Positions 47,257 through 57,398 of a stretch of 64,000 nucleotides of DNA are shown piece by piece; the stretch's first letter is position 1; each line of letters starts with the position of its first letter. A program made the translations under genes and the position numbers. This DNA is from Candidatus Yanofskybacteria bacterium RIFCSPLOWO2_01_FULL_42_49. GTDB lineage: Bacteria; Patescibacteriota; Minisyncoccia; 2-02-FULL-40-12; GWA2-44-9. Location of the stretch: assembly GCA_001795615.1 (NCBI GenBank), contig MGKI01000011.1:44996-108995 (forward strand), in the 5' to 3' direction. Under the pieces are notes generated by a model that ran no database searches, had not been told where the DNA came from, and saw only the letters and a program-made list of their open reading frames with translations.

Positions 47257-48807
47257 ATGTCCGGATCTTGGACAATACAAAAACTTTCTGAAAACACGGT
47301 CCGAACGGGTCCTGCTTTGGTTTTGCTTAAAAAAGACGGCTCCAGGATAAGTTATTCATGGCAATGTTATGAATGGCAAGTCGGGCAAACAATGTCCTCT
47401 TTGAAACGGATTGGTGTCTCTGAAAATGACTTTGTCGTTGTGGCTGCCCCCAACCTCCCTGAATCATTTTTTGTTCTGTTGGGAGTAATCGCAGTTGGAG
47501 CCATTCCCGTACCAATCAACATTCCCATTCTTAAAGAACCGGGGCAAGGCGAGTTCTTGTCAATCATAAAAGACTGTCGGCCTAAATTGATTTTAGCCGA
47601 TTCATGTTTGTCGAAATATTTAAGCAGCGTGGAACATGCTACTTTTGGCAAGCTGCTGTTTCACGGCCGTATTCCGCCATCGCTTGAATTTGATAAAAAT
47701 AAATCTAACCCCGAAGCTTTGCTGATAATGCCCTATACTTCCGGAACAACCGGCAAATCCAAAGGGGTTATGCTTAGCGAAGAAAACATATTAGACAGGG
47801 TCTCGGCCGTCACCCAAGAATTGGACGCCGATTCACAAGAGAGGATCCTTTCTTACTTATCTCTGGGTCATATCTCCGAACTTATCGCTACCTTCTTCGG
47901 ACAACTGTACGGCGGCTTCTGCGTTTATTTTACCGAGTACGCTAAGGATGTGGTTGAAAATAGAGAAAAATTTAGAGCGGCGTTCCCGACGATCCTTCAA
48001 GCGGCCCGGCCGACCATATTTCTTGCCGTTCCCAAAGTCTGGGCGAACATCAGAAAACAGATTGAACACAAAACCAGATATATTCCCGTGGATCTGGGCA
48101 AACAAGGTCTGATCAGAAACTATCTGGTCAGTAAAATAAAAAATCGGCTTGGATTTGACGAAACAAGACGGTTCATCAGCGCCGGATCTAAAATTCTACA
48201 GGAAGATGTCAATTTCTTCGCCAAATTAGGAATTCATGTTGACGATATATACGGCCAAACGGAAACTGCCGGTCCGCTTACTCTCAACGGCAAGGCGATA
48301 GGAAATGTTTCCGTGACAAGCGGAGAGGATGATGAAATATTGGTATCGGGGCCAAATGTAATGACTGGTTACTATAACAATCCCGAGGTGACAAAACGGA
48401 TTTTAGTTGATGGAGTTTATCGGACCGGCGACATTGGAATATGGACGACTGATAAAGTCCTCTACGGCGGACGACTTAGAGACGGGTTTAAAAACGCCCA
48501 AGGCGAATTTGTGTCCGCCACTAAAATTGAAGAAATGGAAGACAAGATAAGAAAAATTCCTGGAGTTGATGAGGTTATAATCTGTGGCGACGGAAAACCT
48601 TATCCCGTAGCCCTCGTATTCAGCGCCACTCCTTCCGAAAACCTGAGAAGCAGACTGCAAAAAACCCTGCCAAAAATAGAAAACAGCCTTTTCAGAATAG
48701 GGAATTTCATTCTCGCTGATATAAGCACTCTTGAAACGACGGCAACCCTGAAAGTAAAGCGAAACGCAATGATTAAAAAATTCGAGAAAGAAATAGCCAA
48801 ACTTTAA
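47257..48807 (+). CDS. AMP-dependent synthetase/ligase (acyl-CoA synthetase-like).
   Basis: AMP-binding motif YTSGTTGKSKGV, TGD…GR motif, and C-terminal lysine region. Followed by terminator aaaaaccccc-ttcg-ggggtttt (48806..48828). Confidence 0.8.
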   Translation: MSGSWTIQKLSENTVRTGPALVLLKKDGSRISYSWQCYEWQVGQTMSSLKRIGVSENDFVVVAAPNLPESFFVLLGVIAVGAIPVPINIPILKEPGQGEFLSIIKDCRPKLILADSCLSKYLSSVEHATFGKLLFHGRIPPSLEFDKNKSNPEALLIMPYTSGTTGKSKGVMLSEENILDRVSAVTQELDADSQERILSYLSLGHISELIATFFGQLYGGFCVYFTEYAKDVVENREKFRAAFPTILQAARPTIFLAVPKVWANIRKQIEHKTRYIPVDLGKQGLIRNYLVSKIKNRLGFDETRRFISAGSKILQEDVNFFAKLGIHVDDIYGQTETAGPLTLNGKAIGNVSVTSGEDDEILVSGPNVMTGYYNNPEVTKRILVDGVYRTGDIGIWTTDKVLYGGRLRDGFKNAQGEFVSATKIEEMEDKIRKIPGVDEVIICGDGKPYPVALVFSATPSENLRSRLQKTLPKIENSLFRIGNFILADISTLETTATLKVKRNAMIKKFEKEIAKL

Positions 48808-48989
48808 AAACCCCCTTCGGGGGTTTTGTTTTACTACTGGCGGGCGCGACGGCGGTTGGAATGAACTGCTTCATTCCAACCAGGAATTTTAGTGTGCGTC
48901 TATTGCTGTTGCGGCATAGAACGCGTTGGAAAATTCCCGAAGAACATCGCGAAGCGCGTTCGAGTCTGTCAGCTTTGCTGGCAATAATA

Positions 48990-49021
48990 GATAAGACCGC
49001 CATTTGAATGGCGGTCTTATC
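48990..49021. terminator. Perfect 13-bp-stem hairpin gataagaccgcca-tttgaa-tggcggtcttatc downstream of the minus-strand tRNA-Asp.
   Basis: Seen directly. Confidence 0.55.
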
Positions 49022-49031
49022 TATTACCGGC

Positions 49032-49104
49032 GGGGCCGACGGGACTCGAACCCGCAACCTCTTCCGTGACAGGGAGGCGCTCTAACCAATTGAGCTACGG
49101 CCCC
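49032..49104 (-). tRNA. tRNA-Asp(GUC). CCA is not encoded.
   Basis: Minus strand GGGGCCG-TA-GCTC-AATTGGTTA-GAGC-G-CCTCC-CTGTCAC-GGAAG-AGGTT-GCGGG-TTCGAGT-CCCGT-CGGCCCC-G. Anticodon loop and T-arm are identical to E. coli tRNA-Asp. One C·A mismatch in the anticodon stem. Confidence 0.85.
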
Positions 49105-49171
49105 AAATTATTAAAATAATGCTTAAATGTTAGCATATTTTGCCTAAAATAAAAGCCCCGCTACTGCGGGA

Positions 49172-50632
49172 CTACCTCTCAAATGATTCTTTCTTTGCGG
49201 CTTCGGAAAGTTTAACGAGATATCTGGCGGGATCTGCCATAAATATTCCTTTGGCTTCTTTTAAATTTCGCGCGCCCAAGTAACTTACCATCGAGGATAA
49301 ATGGCCGACTATTTCTTTTACGATCGGAACAACCGGACCTCGATACTCAACCTCTTTTTCCATGCCTTCTGGGCTTATTCTGGAAGAAATTTCATAGGGA
49401 TCGTCAGTTTCTTCGGCTCTAAGCTTTTCGTACATTGCTTCTCGCGAAGCCATCCCTCTGAACCTTTTGACTTTCCTGCCTTCAGAATTTCTGAAAACCA
49501 GTCCTGGGGTTTCGTCCGTACCGGCGAATGTGCCTCCTGCCATCACCGAATCGGCTCCCAACAAAAGAGCCAAGCCGAAATGTCCGTTTCTTTTAACGCC
49601 TCCGTCGGCGCAAATAGGAATTTCCGCATCAACAGAGCACTCAAAAATCGCTTGAGCTTGGGGAACGCCAATATTGGTATTCTTTCTGGTGGTACAGGCA
49701 GAACCTGGCCCTAGGCCGACTTTTAGTCCGTTAGCCCCGAGCGTCTGGTACTTTTTGACAGCTCCCGATAAAACAATATTGCCTACAACCAACTCAAAAT
49801 CAGGAAATCTTTTCCTAAACTCTCGAACCGCTTTTTCTCCCACTACCGACTGTGCGTTAGCTATATCAAGAACGATAACGTCCGCGTCGGTCCTGATTAG
49901 TTCAGCCGCCCTTTCAAGGTAGTCCCCCGTAGCTCCTATAGCCGCCCCGACAACAAGCTGGCCTTTTTCGTCTTTATTTGCTAACGGATGGCGTTCTATG
50001 CTCTCTATGTCCTTAGCCGTAATCAATCCAAGCAACCGACCCGTACCTTTATCAATAAGCGGTAATTTCTCCAAACGGTGAGTGTCGATAATTTTTTTGG
50101 CCTCTTCCAAGGTTGTAGAAAGAAAACCATACTTAAGATTATCAATCGGCGTCATCCGTTTGACGACTCTTGCGTCGTCGCCACAAAATCTGACATCACG
50201 ACCGGACAACATGCCTACAAGCCGTTTGTTTTGGTCAACGACAACCAACCCCCCGACCTTATTCTTTTGCATCAAATCCCTGGCCTCACCCACTGATGCT
50301 CCCGGATTTATTTCATACGGCTCTTTTATCACAAAACTTTCAGCGCGTTTTACTTCTCTAATTTTTGCGCACTGATCTTCAATGTTGAGATAACGGTGAA
50401 TAACCCCTAAACCGCCTTGTTTGGCAATCGCGATAGCCATCCGCGCTCCCGTAACAGTATCCATATTCGCAGACACTATCGGAATGTTAAGTTTTACATT
50501 AGTCGAGAATCGCGAAGTAAGAGAAATACCGCCACGACTTTCGACGACACCCCAACCGGGCGGGTTAAGAAAGTCGTCAAAAGCACACCCGTTCAACACG
50601 GAACGGAGCCACTTATTTCTTTTACCACTCAT
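49172..50632 (-). CDS. guaB: IMP dehydrogenase with CBS pair.
   Basis: IPIVSANMDTVTGARMAIAIAKQGGLGVIH, GLGPGSACTTR, and CBS pair (…MLSGRDVRF…LGLITAKDI). 486 aa. Confidence 0.85.
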   Translation of the reverse strand: MSGKRNKWLRSVLNGCAFDDFLNPPGWGVVESRGGISLTSRFSTNVKLNIPIVSANMDTVTGARMAIAIAKQGGLGVIHRYLNIEDQCAKIREVKRAESFVIKEPYEINPGASVGEARDLMQKNKVGGLVVVDQNKRLVGMLSGRDVRFCGDDARVVKRMTPIDNLKYGFLSTTLEEAKKIIDTHRLEKLPLIDKGTGRLLGLITAKDIESIERHPLANKDEKGQLVVGAAIGATGDYLERAAELIRTDADVIVLDIANAQSVVGEKAVREFRKRFPDFELVVGNIVLSGAVKKYQTLGANGLKVGLGPGSACTTRKNTNIGVPQAQAIFECSVDAEIPICADGGVKRNGHFGLALLLGADSVMAGGTFAGTDETPGLVFRNSEGRKVKRFRGMASREAMYEKLRAEETDDPYEISSRISPEGMEKEVEYRGPVVPIVKEIVGHLSSMVSYLGARNLKEAKGIFMADPARYLVKLSEAAKKESFER

Positions 50633-50699
50633 TTTCGCCCCTTTTTAAGTCAAAGAACATTTACCCATAGATAACAAAAATGTAAGAACAAGAGAAGAG

Positions 50700-51227
50700 T
50701 TATTCAAGCCACAACATCCCTCCGCGCCAGCCGGCGAGAAATTCTTTTTTAGAAACAACGTACCTGTTGCCTCTTTTGCCCGGATACGGATCGGCGATAT
50801 GATAGCCCAAGACAAATGGACCCAGCTTCTTTATTTTTTCTACGATGACCAAATGAGCCGTGTCGGACAAATTAAATTCTTTCAGGACTGAAACCGCAAC
50901 CGGTGATTTTAATATTGACAATTGATTATTGATCATTTTAATCCCCTCTTTTTTCTTTTCCGGGGTGTTGAAAAATTCTTTCTGGAAATTCATGGGTACT
51001 CCATATGAAGCGGCCAGATCCACCAGAGCTTGATGCTTCCAGCCGATATTTTTAATATAGCCGCCGGCATTGAAAGCTTGGCTTAATAAAGTCATAATCG
51101 GGATACTCTGAAATTTCTGATTTTTAAAAACCATCAGCATCTTAATAACACAAATCCCGCACGAGTGCTTGCTCCAACTTTCATCCCCAGCATCGGTAAT
51201 TTGATTTACAAGTTTAACTTCTGCCAT
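50700..51227 (-). CDS. Papain-like cysteine peptidase, C39-like domain.
   Basis: WSKHSCGICVIKMLM (catalytic Cys context of C39-like peptidases) with downstream His. 175 aa. Confidence 0.45.
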   Translation of the reverse strand: MAEVKLVNQITDAGDESWSKHSCGICVIKMLMVFKNQKFQSIPIMTLLSQAFNAGGYIKNIGWKHQALVDLAASYGVPMNFQKEFFNTPEKKKEGIKMINNQLSILKSPVAVSVLKEFNLSDTAHLVIVEKIKKLGPFVLGYHIADPYPGKRGNRYVVSKKEFLAGWRGGMLWLE

Positions 51228-51255
51228 TTATTCGTAATTCTTAATTCATAATTCG

Positions 51256-51801
51256 TTATTCCAGTTCGGGATGCCAATAAATTTTTTCTATTTTACGGGT
51301 GCCATTATAGGTATAGTGATGCTTATGCGGAAACCCTGTGCCTTTGGAATCGTTGCTTATCGCTTCCTGTCCGCTCCAAAAAAATCCAATATGATTGTGA
51401 GGCTCTCCGTCGTGGCCGTCTTTTTTCTCCCAAATTATTACAGCGCCAGGCTTGAGTTCTTTTATTTCGTACCAACCATTTTCAAGCAAATCTTTTTCGG
51501 TTGAAACGACGGTAAGGTGGATGTATTTAATCCAATGTTTCTTGCCCGTAAACTCCAACAGTGGGTTGAATGAGTAAAGAATGGACGACACCATAACCGC
51601 GCAGGAGTTCCTGCCGTTTTCAAGCGAATCTTCGATTTCCCCGCCCGCCCCGTAGTGTGATTTCGATTTATCTTTGCCGGAGGCATTCGAAATCTCTACT
51701 TCGGGGTGTTTTTCCACATAAAAATTCCTGAACAAATGGTTCTCGCCTTTTGCGGAATTTTCGATTTGAGTTAAATAATTTTTTTTTAACAACAACCTCA
51801 T
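51256..51801 (-). CDS. CHAP/NlpC-P60-like cysteine peptidase (putative cell-wall hydrolase). Carries the 65-nt in-frame palindromic insertion also present in gatB.
   Basis: NSCAVMVSSIL…GW…KPGAVIIW…HIGFFWSG Cys/His arrangement. Insertion is PEVEISNASGKDKSKSHYGAGG. Confidence 0.5.
   Translation of the reverse strand: MRLLLKKNYLTQIENSAKGENHLFRNFYVEKHPEVEISNASGKDKSKSHYGAGGEIEDSLENGRNSCAVMVSSILYSFNPLLEFTGKKHWIKYIHLTVVSTEKDLLENGWYEIKELKPGAVIIWEKKDGHDGEPHNHIGFFWSGQEAISNDSKGTGFPHKHHYTYNGTRKIEKIYWHPELE
51641..51704. repeat. 65-nt imperfect palindromic element, second copy, in frame in the CHAP-like peptidase gene.
   Basis: ccgcccgccccgtagtgtgatttcgatttatctttgccggaggcattcgaaatctctacttcgggg. Identical to the gatB copy apart from 3 nt and one codon. 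Confidence 0.8.
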
Positions 51802-51902
51802 ACTGATTAAAATTACTAAAACCTCGCCAGCGCGTCAATCAAACGTAAAGGGCATCTTTACAAAATGTAAAGATGCCCTTTACGCTACTAGCTTTAAATC
51901 TT

Positions 51903-53264
51903 TTACGGCTCGCAGGTTACTGTATATGTATAGGTGGCGGGGCCGGTGAGATTACCGGTTGAACGAGAGTTATCTGTTCCAGCCCAACCAGTTGGTGAAA
52001 CAGTACATTGAGATACATTTTGGGAGGACCAGTTGACTTTTGCGGAAGAATTATACGGGATTGAAGAAGGTTCGCAAGTTATTGAAACCGAAGGCTCTAA
52101 AACAGGAACTGTTGTTTGGGCAGTAGGGCTTGTTCCCCCCGGTCCGGTGCAAGTCAAAGTGTATGTTTGAGATGAAGTCAATGGTAGCGTGGTTCTTCTG
52201 GATAGAGGCACACCATTGGACGATGTTTCCACTGGTCCCTGCCAACCGGTTGTAGTGCCGCCGGCGGTACAGGAAGTGGCATCGGTTGAAGACCAAGTCA
52301 AAACAGAAGTACCGTTATATCGGACACTAGCCGGAGAAGCAGAAATAGATGCGGTCGGCCGAGCTGGCTGAATTACCGCAACTGACCTTTCTTTAAGATC
52401 CGACCCTCCGGGTCCTTCGCATCTGACTCCAAAAGTAGTCGGATCAGCGGTCAGACCGCCCGTAGTGGTTGAAGAGTACCCGCTGGTACCAAGCCACTGT
52501 CCGCTCCAAGTGGGCCAGTTACCCGTACCCCAACAGCCGGTTACATTACCACTGACTGACCACGAAACCGTAACATTTTCCCCCCTGTTAACCCTTGACG
52601 GACTGACGGAAACAGAAACCGACGGAGGCGATGGTTCTTGAACCTTAACCGTTGTACTGGCCAAAGTCGATCCGCCTGATGAATTATAGCAAGTTATATC
52701 ATAAGTTTTAGTTATGGTTAAATTTCCGGTCGTTGTGTCATAATTAGCAGGAATCTGGACTCCTTGCGGGCTCCAGTTTTGGCCAGTGACACAATAACTG
52801 GCATTGGAACGAACATGAAGACCTGTGGATGTGTTGTATGGGATCGAAGAAGAATCAGGATAGAAATTGACGGTCGGAGGTGGCTGGTTTTGGTTCCATG
52901 TCACATAATAACCCCTTTCTTTGCCGTTTCTATTAGACACCCAGCCTTCTGGATCTACTTTATTAAAAGTGTAGCCTGGTACAGAATTTAAGTCTACTAT
53001 AATAGTCCAATCTCCTTCTTCCATGCCGTACCAATAATAACGGACGGAATACGAACCCCACTGGTTAAGGCATTGATACCAGCTGTCTTCCCTATACCCC
53101 GAAGGGGTTTCCCCTTTGGCCATTAAAGTGTAGCAAAAATTGGGCACGTTGCCGCTGATAGTAACTCCTCCCGGGTTATACGCTTTTGCGTCCTCGGCCA
53201 GCATAAAAAAACAGGCTAAAATAAAGGTTGTAAAAACAATCAGTTTTAGTTTCATTTTATTCAT
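51903..53264 (-). CDS. Secreted/surface protein with signal peptide and three to four tandem Ig-like beta-sandwich repeats, Ser/Thr/Gly-rich.
   Basis: MNKMKLKLIVFTTFILACFFMLAEDAKA signal. Repeated …PS-x-S-x-S-x-SP-x-V-x3-(N/T)-x-(V/L)-x-W-S-(S/V)-x5-C… modules. Confidence 0.6.
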   Translation of the reverse strand: MNKMKLKLIVFTTFILACFFMLAEDAKAYNPGGVTISGNVPNFCYTLMAKGETPSGYREDSWYQCLNQWGSYSVRYYWYGMEEGDWTIIVDLNSVPGYTFNKVDPEGWVSNRNGKERGYYVTWNQNQPPPTVNFYPDSSSIPYNTSTGLHVRSNASYCVTGQNWSPQGVQIPANYDTTTGNLTITKTYDITCYNSSGGSTLASTTVKVQEPSPPSVSVSVSPSRVNRGENVTVSWSVSGNVTGCWGTGNWPTWSGQWLGTSGYSSTTTGGLTADPTTFGVRCEGPGGSDLKERSVAVIQPARPTASISASPASVRYNGTSVLTWSSTDATSCTAGGTTTGWQGPVETSSNGVPLSRRTTLPLTSSQTYTLTCTGPGGTSPTAQTTVPVLEPSVSITCEPSSIPYNSSAKVNWSSQNVSQCTVSPTGWAGTDNSRSTGNLTGPATYTYTVTCEP

Positions 53265-53637
53265 TTATCAAAATTATTTTTTTGGCTATAAATCTACCGT
53301 CCGATGAAACTTCATACTCAGCTGAAATAATTGAACCTTCCGTTATTTTTGAAATTTCTTCCAAAACAAGTTCTCCATAACCGGGAAGAGTTTTATTTAC
53401 CAAAGTTTGATCATTGTAATAAATTGCTGCCTCCTGATTTTGCCCGGCTTTGTTGGTTGATAAATCAACTGAACCAGCCCGGATGACGATTCTCCCTTCA
53501 TTTATTGAGATAATCTCTCCCGAAACAAACGAGAAACTCTCGTTTTGGTTGTTACTCTGTAAATTAAAGTACCAAACCATGCCCGCACCAATAAGGGTTA
53601 AGATCATAATTATAATTGTAATTCTTTTGACTTTCAT
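53257..53637 (-). CDS. Small N-terminally membrane-anchored protein, paralog of 56264..56680.
   Basis: MKVKRITIIIMILTLIGAGMVWYF TM helix, then …GEIISINEGRIVIRAG…, similar to …GRIIEIKENSIVVSG… of the paralog. Overlaps its downstream partner by 8 nt. Confidence 0.5.
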   Translation of the reverse strand: MKVKRITIIIMILTLIGAGMVWYFNLQSNNQNESFSFVSGEIISINEGRIVIRAGSVDLSTNKAGQNQEAAIYYNDQTLVNKTLPGYGELVLEEISKITEGSIISAEYEVSSDGRFIAKKIILINE

Positions 53638-53670
53638 ATCACATTTTAGAATTTTTCCCAGTCGAAGTCT

Positions 53671-56289
53671 TTATCTTGGAGCTATTTCTTTCCACAGCGG
53701 AATTGATTTTTGAATAAGTATCGGCCCCTTTGTCCTGGCGCAGGATTGGTTTGCGTTATCTGTCGCTGTAAGGGTTACATAATATGTTCCTTCTCCAACA
53801 TAAGTATGGGACGGGTTCTGTTGCGCCGATGATCCGCCGTCGCCAAATGTCCAACTCCATAGCCGGCCGTTCGGATTACCGCCAAATACGGTTTGATCAG
53901 TAAACTGTACAGGATTGTTTAAAGGAGGGTTGGGTGGCGACCAACTAAAATCGACTTGAGGATAAGCATAATTCGGAGTTTTCCAGCTAGAACCAGTCAT
54001 CCAGTTTGACACCCTATCAAAACCGTTCCAAACCCTAACTCTGGCCCGATAAGTAACATTGAATTGCAGAATACCCTGGCCGGTAAAATAAGATTTAGAA
54101 CCGGAAATTATCTTGCCGGTGTCAACTTCCGGACTGTCAAATGAGCCCTTGTCGTCGATTTGGACCTGATAAGCCGACTGGGGACCACCACCGGGGTCGC
54201 TGTAAGTCCAGCCAACCGTCGCCGCCGGCCCCGATATACAGTAGTTGGGCTCGGTGACGGTAATATCAGATACTGAAGGGATAGAAGGCGGCGGGGGATC
54301 AACGGTTACGGTGCAAAAATCGCTTACTGGTCCGGGTGGAGGCGGTGGTGGAGGAGCAGCATTATTATTAACACGAATGTTGACAGTATAAGATGTCGTA
54401 TTCCCGGCGTTGTCTGTGGCCCTGACAGTAATTGTATGCGACCCATTGCTTACCGTAGCTGAATCCCATATATAGGTATAGCCCACAAAAGGACATCCGG
54501 TCCTAAAGCCTCCTGCAGCAGTACAAGCATCTCTCCTGTCAGTATTTCCATATGAATTGTTGTTAACCAAAACCGAGTCAACAAATATATCTACCATGGA
54601 AACTGGCCCCTCATCAGCATTCCAGTAATCAAGGGCCCATCCTCCCACAACAACACTGCCTGAAAGGTTGGCGCCGTTTTGCGGAGCATCTAGCGCTAAT
54701 GTCGGCGGGTTACCTACCGGTAGCGGTGGTGGAAGAGAATCAACTACTACAGTAGCAGAACATGTCCTGATTGACCCGGCACTATTTACAACTGTTAGCA
54801 CACAGGTTTGCGAATCAGGTACAATATCTATTTCTCCATTTGGGCTAATGAATGTTCCTGAACCGATACTCCCCCTACCACAATCAAAAGGAATATACCC
54901 ATCAACATCATTAGACGAACTCCATGATAAATTACTTGATTCGCCGGAGTTTATATTTGATGGGAAAAAATTGGCAACACAAGTTGCATCGCTCGGTTGT
55001 GGTGGAGGCGGTGACGATGGAGGCGGTGACGATGGAGGCGGTGACGATGGAGGCGGTGACGATGGAGGCGGCGGCGGTAGGGCTCCGCTGATAAAATCAG
55101 CGGTAACGGTTCTATCGGCATTCATCGTAACACTACATTGGTTGCCGCTTGAACTGTCGCATCCCGACCAGGCCGTTACGAAACCGCTATCTGGGATGGC
55201 ATCAAGAGAAACATTGGTACCATCCGGGTAACTCTCGGTACAGTCGGATCCGCAACTTATACCGGGGCCGGAAACGCTTCCGTTGGCTCCGCGGTTAACA
55301 TCCAGATTATAATTGCCCGGAGGCGAAGGAGGCACAGACGAAGAACAGTTCCCGCCAAACGCAACATTATCAGCGTCCGTTGTGCCAGCACTGTTTTTGG
55401 CTATTACAAAATAGTAAAGGTCCACATCTTGAATGGGACTGTCAACAGTATAATCGGTGCCTCCAATGTTAGTGGCTATAGTCCTCCAGCTCCCACCTAA
55501 CCATTGCTTTTCTAATAGATCATAGAGGGTTGCATTAGCCGAAGAACCCCAGCTTATATCTATATACTGGGAACCATCGCCTCTGGTTTGGCAACTTGAA
55601 TTATTCATACTAAAAGGCCCCGGGGAAGGAACATAAACATCAACACTACAATCATCGGATTGGCCAGCACTTGTTACGGTAACGGTTTTTGTTCCGGCAG
55701 TTGAATAAACAGTAGATAAGTTGCTTCCCGTTCCGGATGTCGGAGATCCGTCGGGAGCCGACCAAGAAAAATTCCCGTCACCGTCAGAAGCGCTGAAATT
55801 TACAGTTTGATCGGTACTGGCCGTCTGGCTTGATGGGCTACAGGCAGGAGGCAAGATAGCGGGTTCAATTTCAACAGTCCAGGTCCAGTTAACAGTCGAT
55901 TTAATGCCTTGTATAAAAAAGTCTGTCCACTCTTCCCCTGTCCCGCCGGATAACGTCATCGAATCGGAAAATTGCTGTTGATACCAGGATCTTGTATCAG
56001 CGTCAGTCATCCCTGAACTGTTGCCAATACGAATGGCGACATGCCCTTGGCCGTTGTTAAGACTGCCGCTTATGGTAAAGTTTATCTGTGATGATCTTAT
56101 GTACTCGCCAGGGTCAGCCCATTCTTCTCGTGGTCTAGGATAACAATACTCAAAAGTACTTTGATCAAAATTACAGTAACCACTTTGAACCTGAGTACGT
56201 GCATACGCCCCGTTAAAAATAAAAGGTAGCCCGACCAATACTAAGCCAAAAAATATAAAATTTTTAGTCCTTGAGGATAATGGATTCAT
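53671..56289 (-). CDS. Large secreted surface protein with signal peptide, Ig/FN3-like domains, a (PPPSS)n linker and a C-terminal PKD domain.
   Basis: Signal MNPLSSRTKNFIFFGLVLVGLPFIFNGAYA. PPPPSSPPPSSPPPSSPPPSSPPPP linker. C-terminal WSWTFGDGGSSAQQNPSHTYVGEGTYYVTLTATD (PKD signature). 872 aa. Confidence 0.7.
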   Translation of the reverse strand: MNPLSSRTKNFIFFGLVLVGLPFIFNGAYARTQVQSGYCNFDQSTFEYCYPRPREEWADPGEYIRSSQINFTISGSLNNGQGHVAIRIGNSSGMTDADTRSWYQQQFSDSMTLSGGTGEEWTDFFIQGIKSTVNWTWTVEIEPAILPPACSPSSQTASTDQTVNFSASDGDGNFSWSAPDGSPTSGTGSNLSTVYSTAGTKTVTVTSAGQSDDCSVDVYVPSPGPFSMNNSSCQTRGDGSQYIDISWGSSANATLYDLLEKQWLGGSWRTIATNIGGTDYTVDSPIQDVDLYYFVIAKNSAGTTDADNVAFGGNCSSSVPPSPPGNYNLDVNRGANGSVSGPGISCGSDCTESYPDGTNVSLDAIPDSGFVTAWSGCDSSSGNQCSVTMNADRTVTADFISGALPPPPPSSPPPSSPPPSSPPPSSPPPPQPSDATCVANFFPSNINSGESSNLSWSSSNDVDGYIPFDCGRGSIGSGTFISPNGEIDIVPDSQTCVLTVVNSAGSIRTCSATVVVDSLPPPLPVGNPPTLALDAPQNGANLSGSVVVGGWALDYWNADEGPVSMVDIFVDSVLVNNNSYGNTDRRDACTAAGGFRTGCPFVGYTYIWDSATVSNGSHTITVRATDNAGNTTSYTVNIRVNNNAAPPPPPPPGPVSDFCTVTVDPPPPSIPSVSDITVTEPNYCISGPAATVGWTYSDPGGGPQSAYQVQIDDKGSFDSPEVDTGKIISGSKSYFTGQGILQFNVTYRARVRVWNGFDRVSNWMTGSSWKTPNYAYPQVDFSWSPPNPPLNNPVQFTDQTVFGGNPNGRLWSWTFGDGGSSAQQNPSHTYVGEGTYYVTLTATDNANQSCARTKGPILIQKSIPLWKEIAPR
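55004..55078. repeat. Perfect 15-bp tandem repeat (ggaggcggtgacgat ×4, plus a degenerate unit) encoding the Pro/Ser linker on the minus strand.
   Basis: Seen directly: ggaggcggtgacgatggaggcggtgacgatggaggcggtgacgatggaggcggtgacgatggaggcggcggcggt. Confidence 0.9.
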
Positions 56290-56680
56290 AATTTATGTAT
56301 AAAGCGGTAGCTTCGTTGACGGTAAACAAATCTTCGTTGCTTTCAACTCTTAAAATTCTAACGTTGGTATTATTCATTAAGTCAGAAAGTGAACCATCTG
56401 CCATCTCTGGAGGAGTAATCTTGTTGGCCAAACTGATAACAGTGATGCTTTTTTTAAATACAGTTTCAGGTGTAATTCTGAATTCAACCGTTCTTTCCTG
56501 TCGATACTCGTCTCCTGATTTTAACGACCTCGCCATTCCTGAAACAACAATCGAGTTTTCCTTAATTTCAATAATTCTTCCATACATCCAGTACATATTT
56601 TTGTCCTGATTGAAAAAGTAGAATAAAAATATTCCTAAAATTAAAACGATGAATCCCAAAATCCACACCTTTTTATTCAT
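56264..56680 (-). CDS. Small N-terminally membrane-anchored protein, paralog of 53257..53637.
   Basis: MNKKVWILGFIVLILGIFLFYFF TM helix. Overlaps the start of the PKD protein by 26 nt. Confidence 0.5.
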   Translation of the reverse strand: MNKKVWILGFIVLILGIFLFYFFNQDKNMYWMYGRIIEIKENSIVVSGMARSLKSGDEYRQERTVEFRITPETVFKKSITVISLANKITPPEMADGSLSDLMNNTNVRILRVESNEDLFTVNEATALYINYESIILKD

Positions 56681-56732
56681 ACTGACATTATATCATATCA
56701 AATTCCTGGGGCTAAAAAGTTATAAACAAAAA

Positions 56733-56752
56733 GGGCCGACCACGGTCAGCCC
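56733..56752. terminator. Rho-independent terminator (gggccgacc-ac-ggtcagccc plus T-run on the minus strand) after the GC-rich lipoprotein gene.
   Basis: Minus strand reads ggaagggctgaccgtggtcggccctttttgtttat. Confidence 0.6.
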
Positions 56753-56762
56753 TTCCCTTCCC

Positions 56763-57398
56763 CTACTCCGATGTTCTAAGAAATGTCACCTCCCATTCTA
56801 GCACCTGATGCGACAGTACATTCCTCAAAGCGCTAATAAGAATGGGGGGTTTTGTTTCGGGGGCGCTAGGAGGGAACCCCCGAAATACAAGCACGTGAAC
56901 GAAGCTGAAGGTGGTATCTTGTCTTACTGATACCCCCACCGCCAGAGTCGCTGGATTCTCTTGTCTCCAGTCTCCAACCCTCCTAACCCACTGACCACCG
57001 AATCCGTGTGTGAGCACATCTCTCTCTTGAGAGACTGCCGTAACTACGCCCACATACTCCGAATCCGACATACCGTCGAACAAGAGCCAGACTGTCAACA
57101 AGGCTATCTGGCCTTTCTCGATAACTCCACCATTCGGGGTTATCATCTGAATCCTCTGAATTTCAGCGGTACCACCCCCGGGTGAAGGCGAAGTGGGTCC
57201 GCTATCGCACCCGGCAAGGACAAGCCCCGCCAGCGCGATCAGCATCACGGCCAAAATCGGCCACAGATCGACGAACACGAACTTCGTGTTGCCGATACGT
57301 CGAATGGCGAATCCCGCCGAAGAGCGTCGTGCACGAGTTGCCCCAAAAGTCATTGTTCTTCTCCTTGTTGTCGAGCTTGACTCGACAGTAAATGTCAA
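56763..57398 (-). CDS. Putative lipoprotein (lipobox LAGC) in a GC-rich (about 55% versus about 40%) island. Likely start is the internal M at 57353.
   Basis: …RRIGNTKFVFVDLWPILAVMLIALAGLVLAGCDSGPTSPSPGGG signal plus lipobox. Local GC is clearly above the flanks. Has its own terminator. Confidence 0.5.
   Translation of the reverse strand: MTFTVESSSTTRRRTMTFGATRARRSSAGFAIRRIGNTKFVFVDLWPILAVMLIALAGLVLAGCDSGPTSPSPGGGTAEIQRIQMITPNGGVIEKGQIALLTVWLLFDGMSDSEYVGVVTAVSQERDVLTHGFGGQWVRRVGDWRQENPATLAVGVSVRQDTTFSFVHVLVFRGFPPSAPETKPPILISALRNVLSHQVLEWEVTFLRTSE

Noticed and set aside
48773-49057. 94-aa minus ORF
   Set aside because: It overlaps tRNA-Asp and two terminator hairpins and is an artefact.
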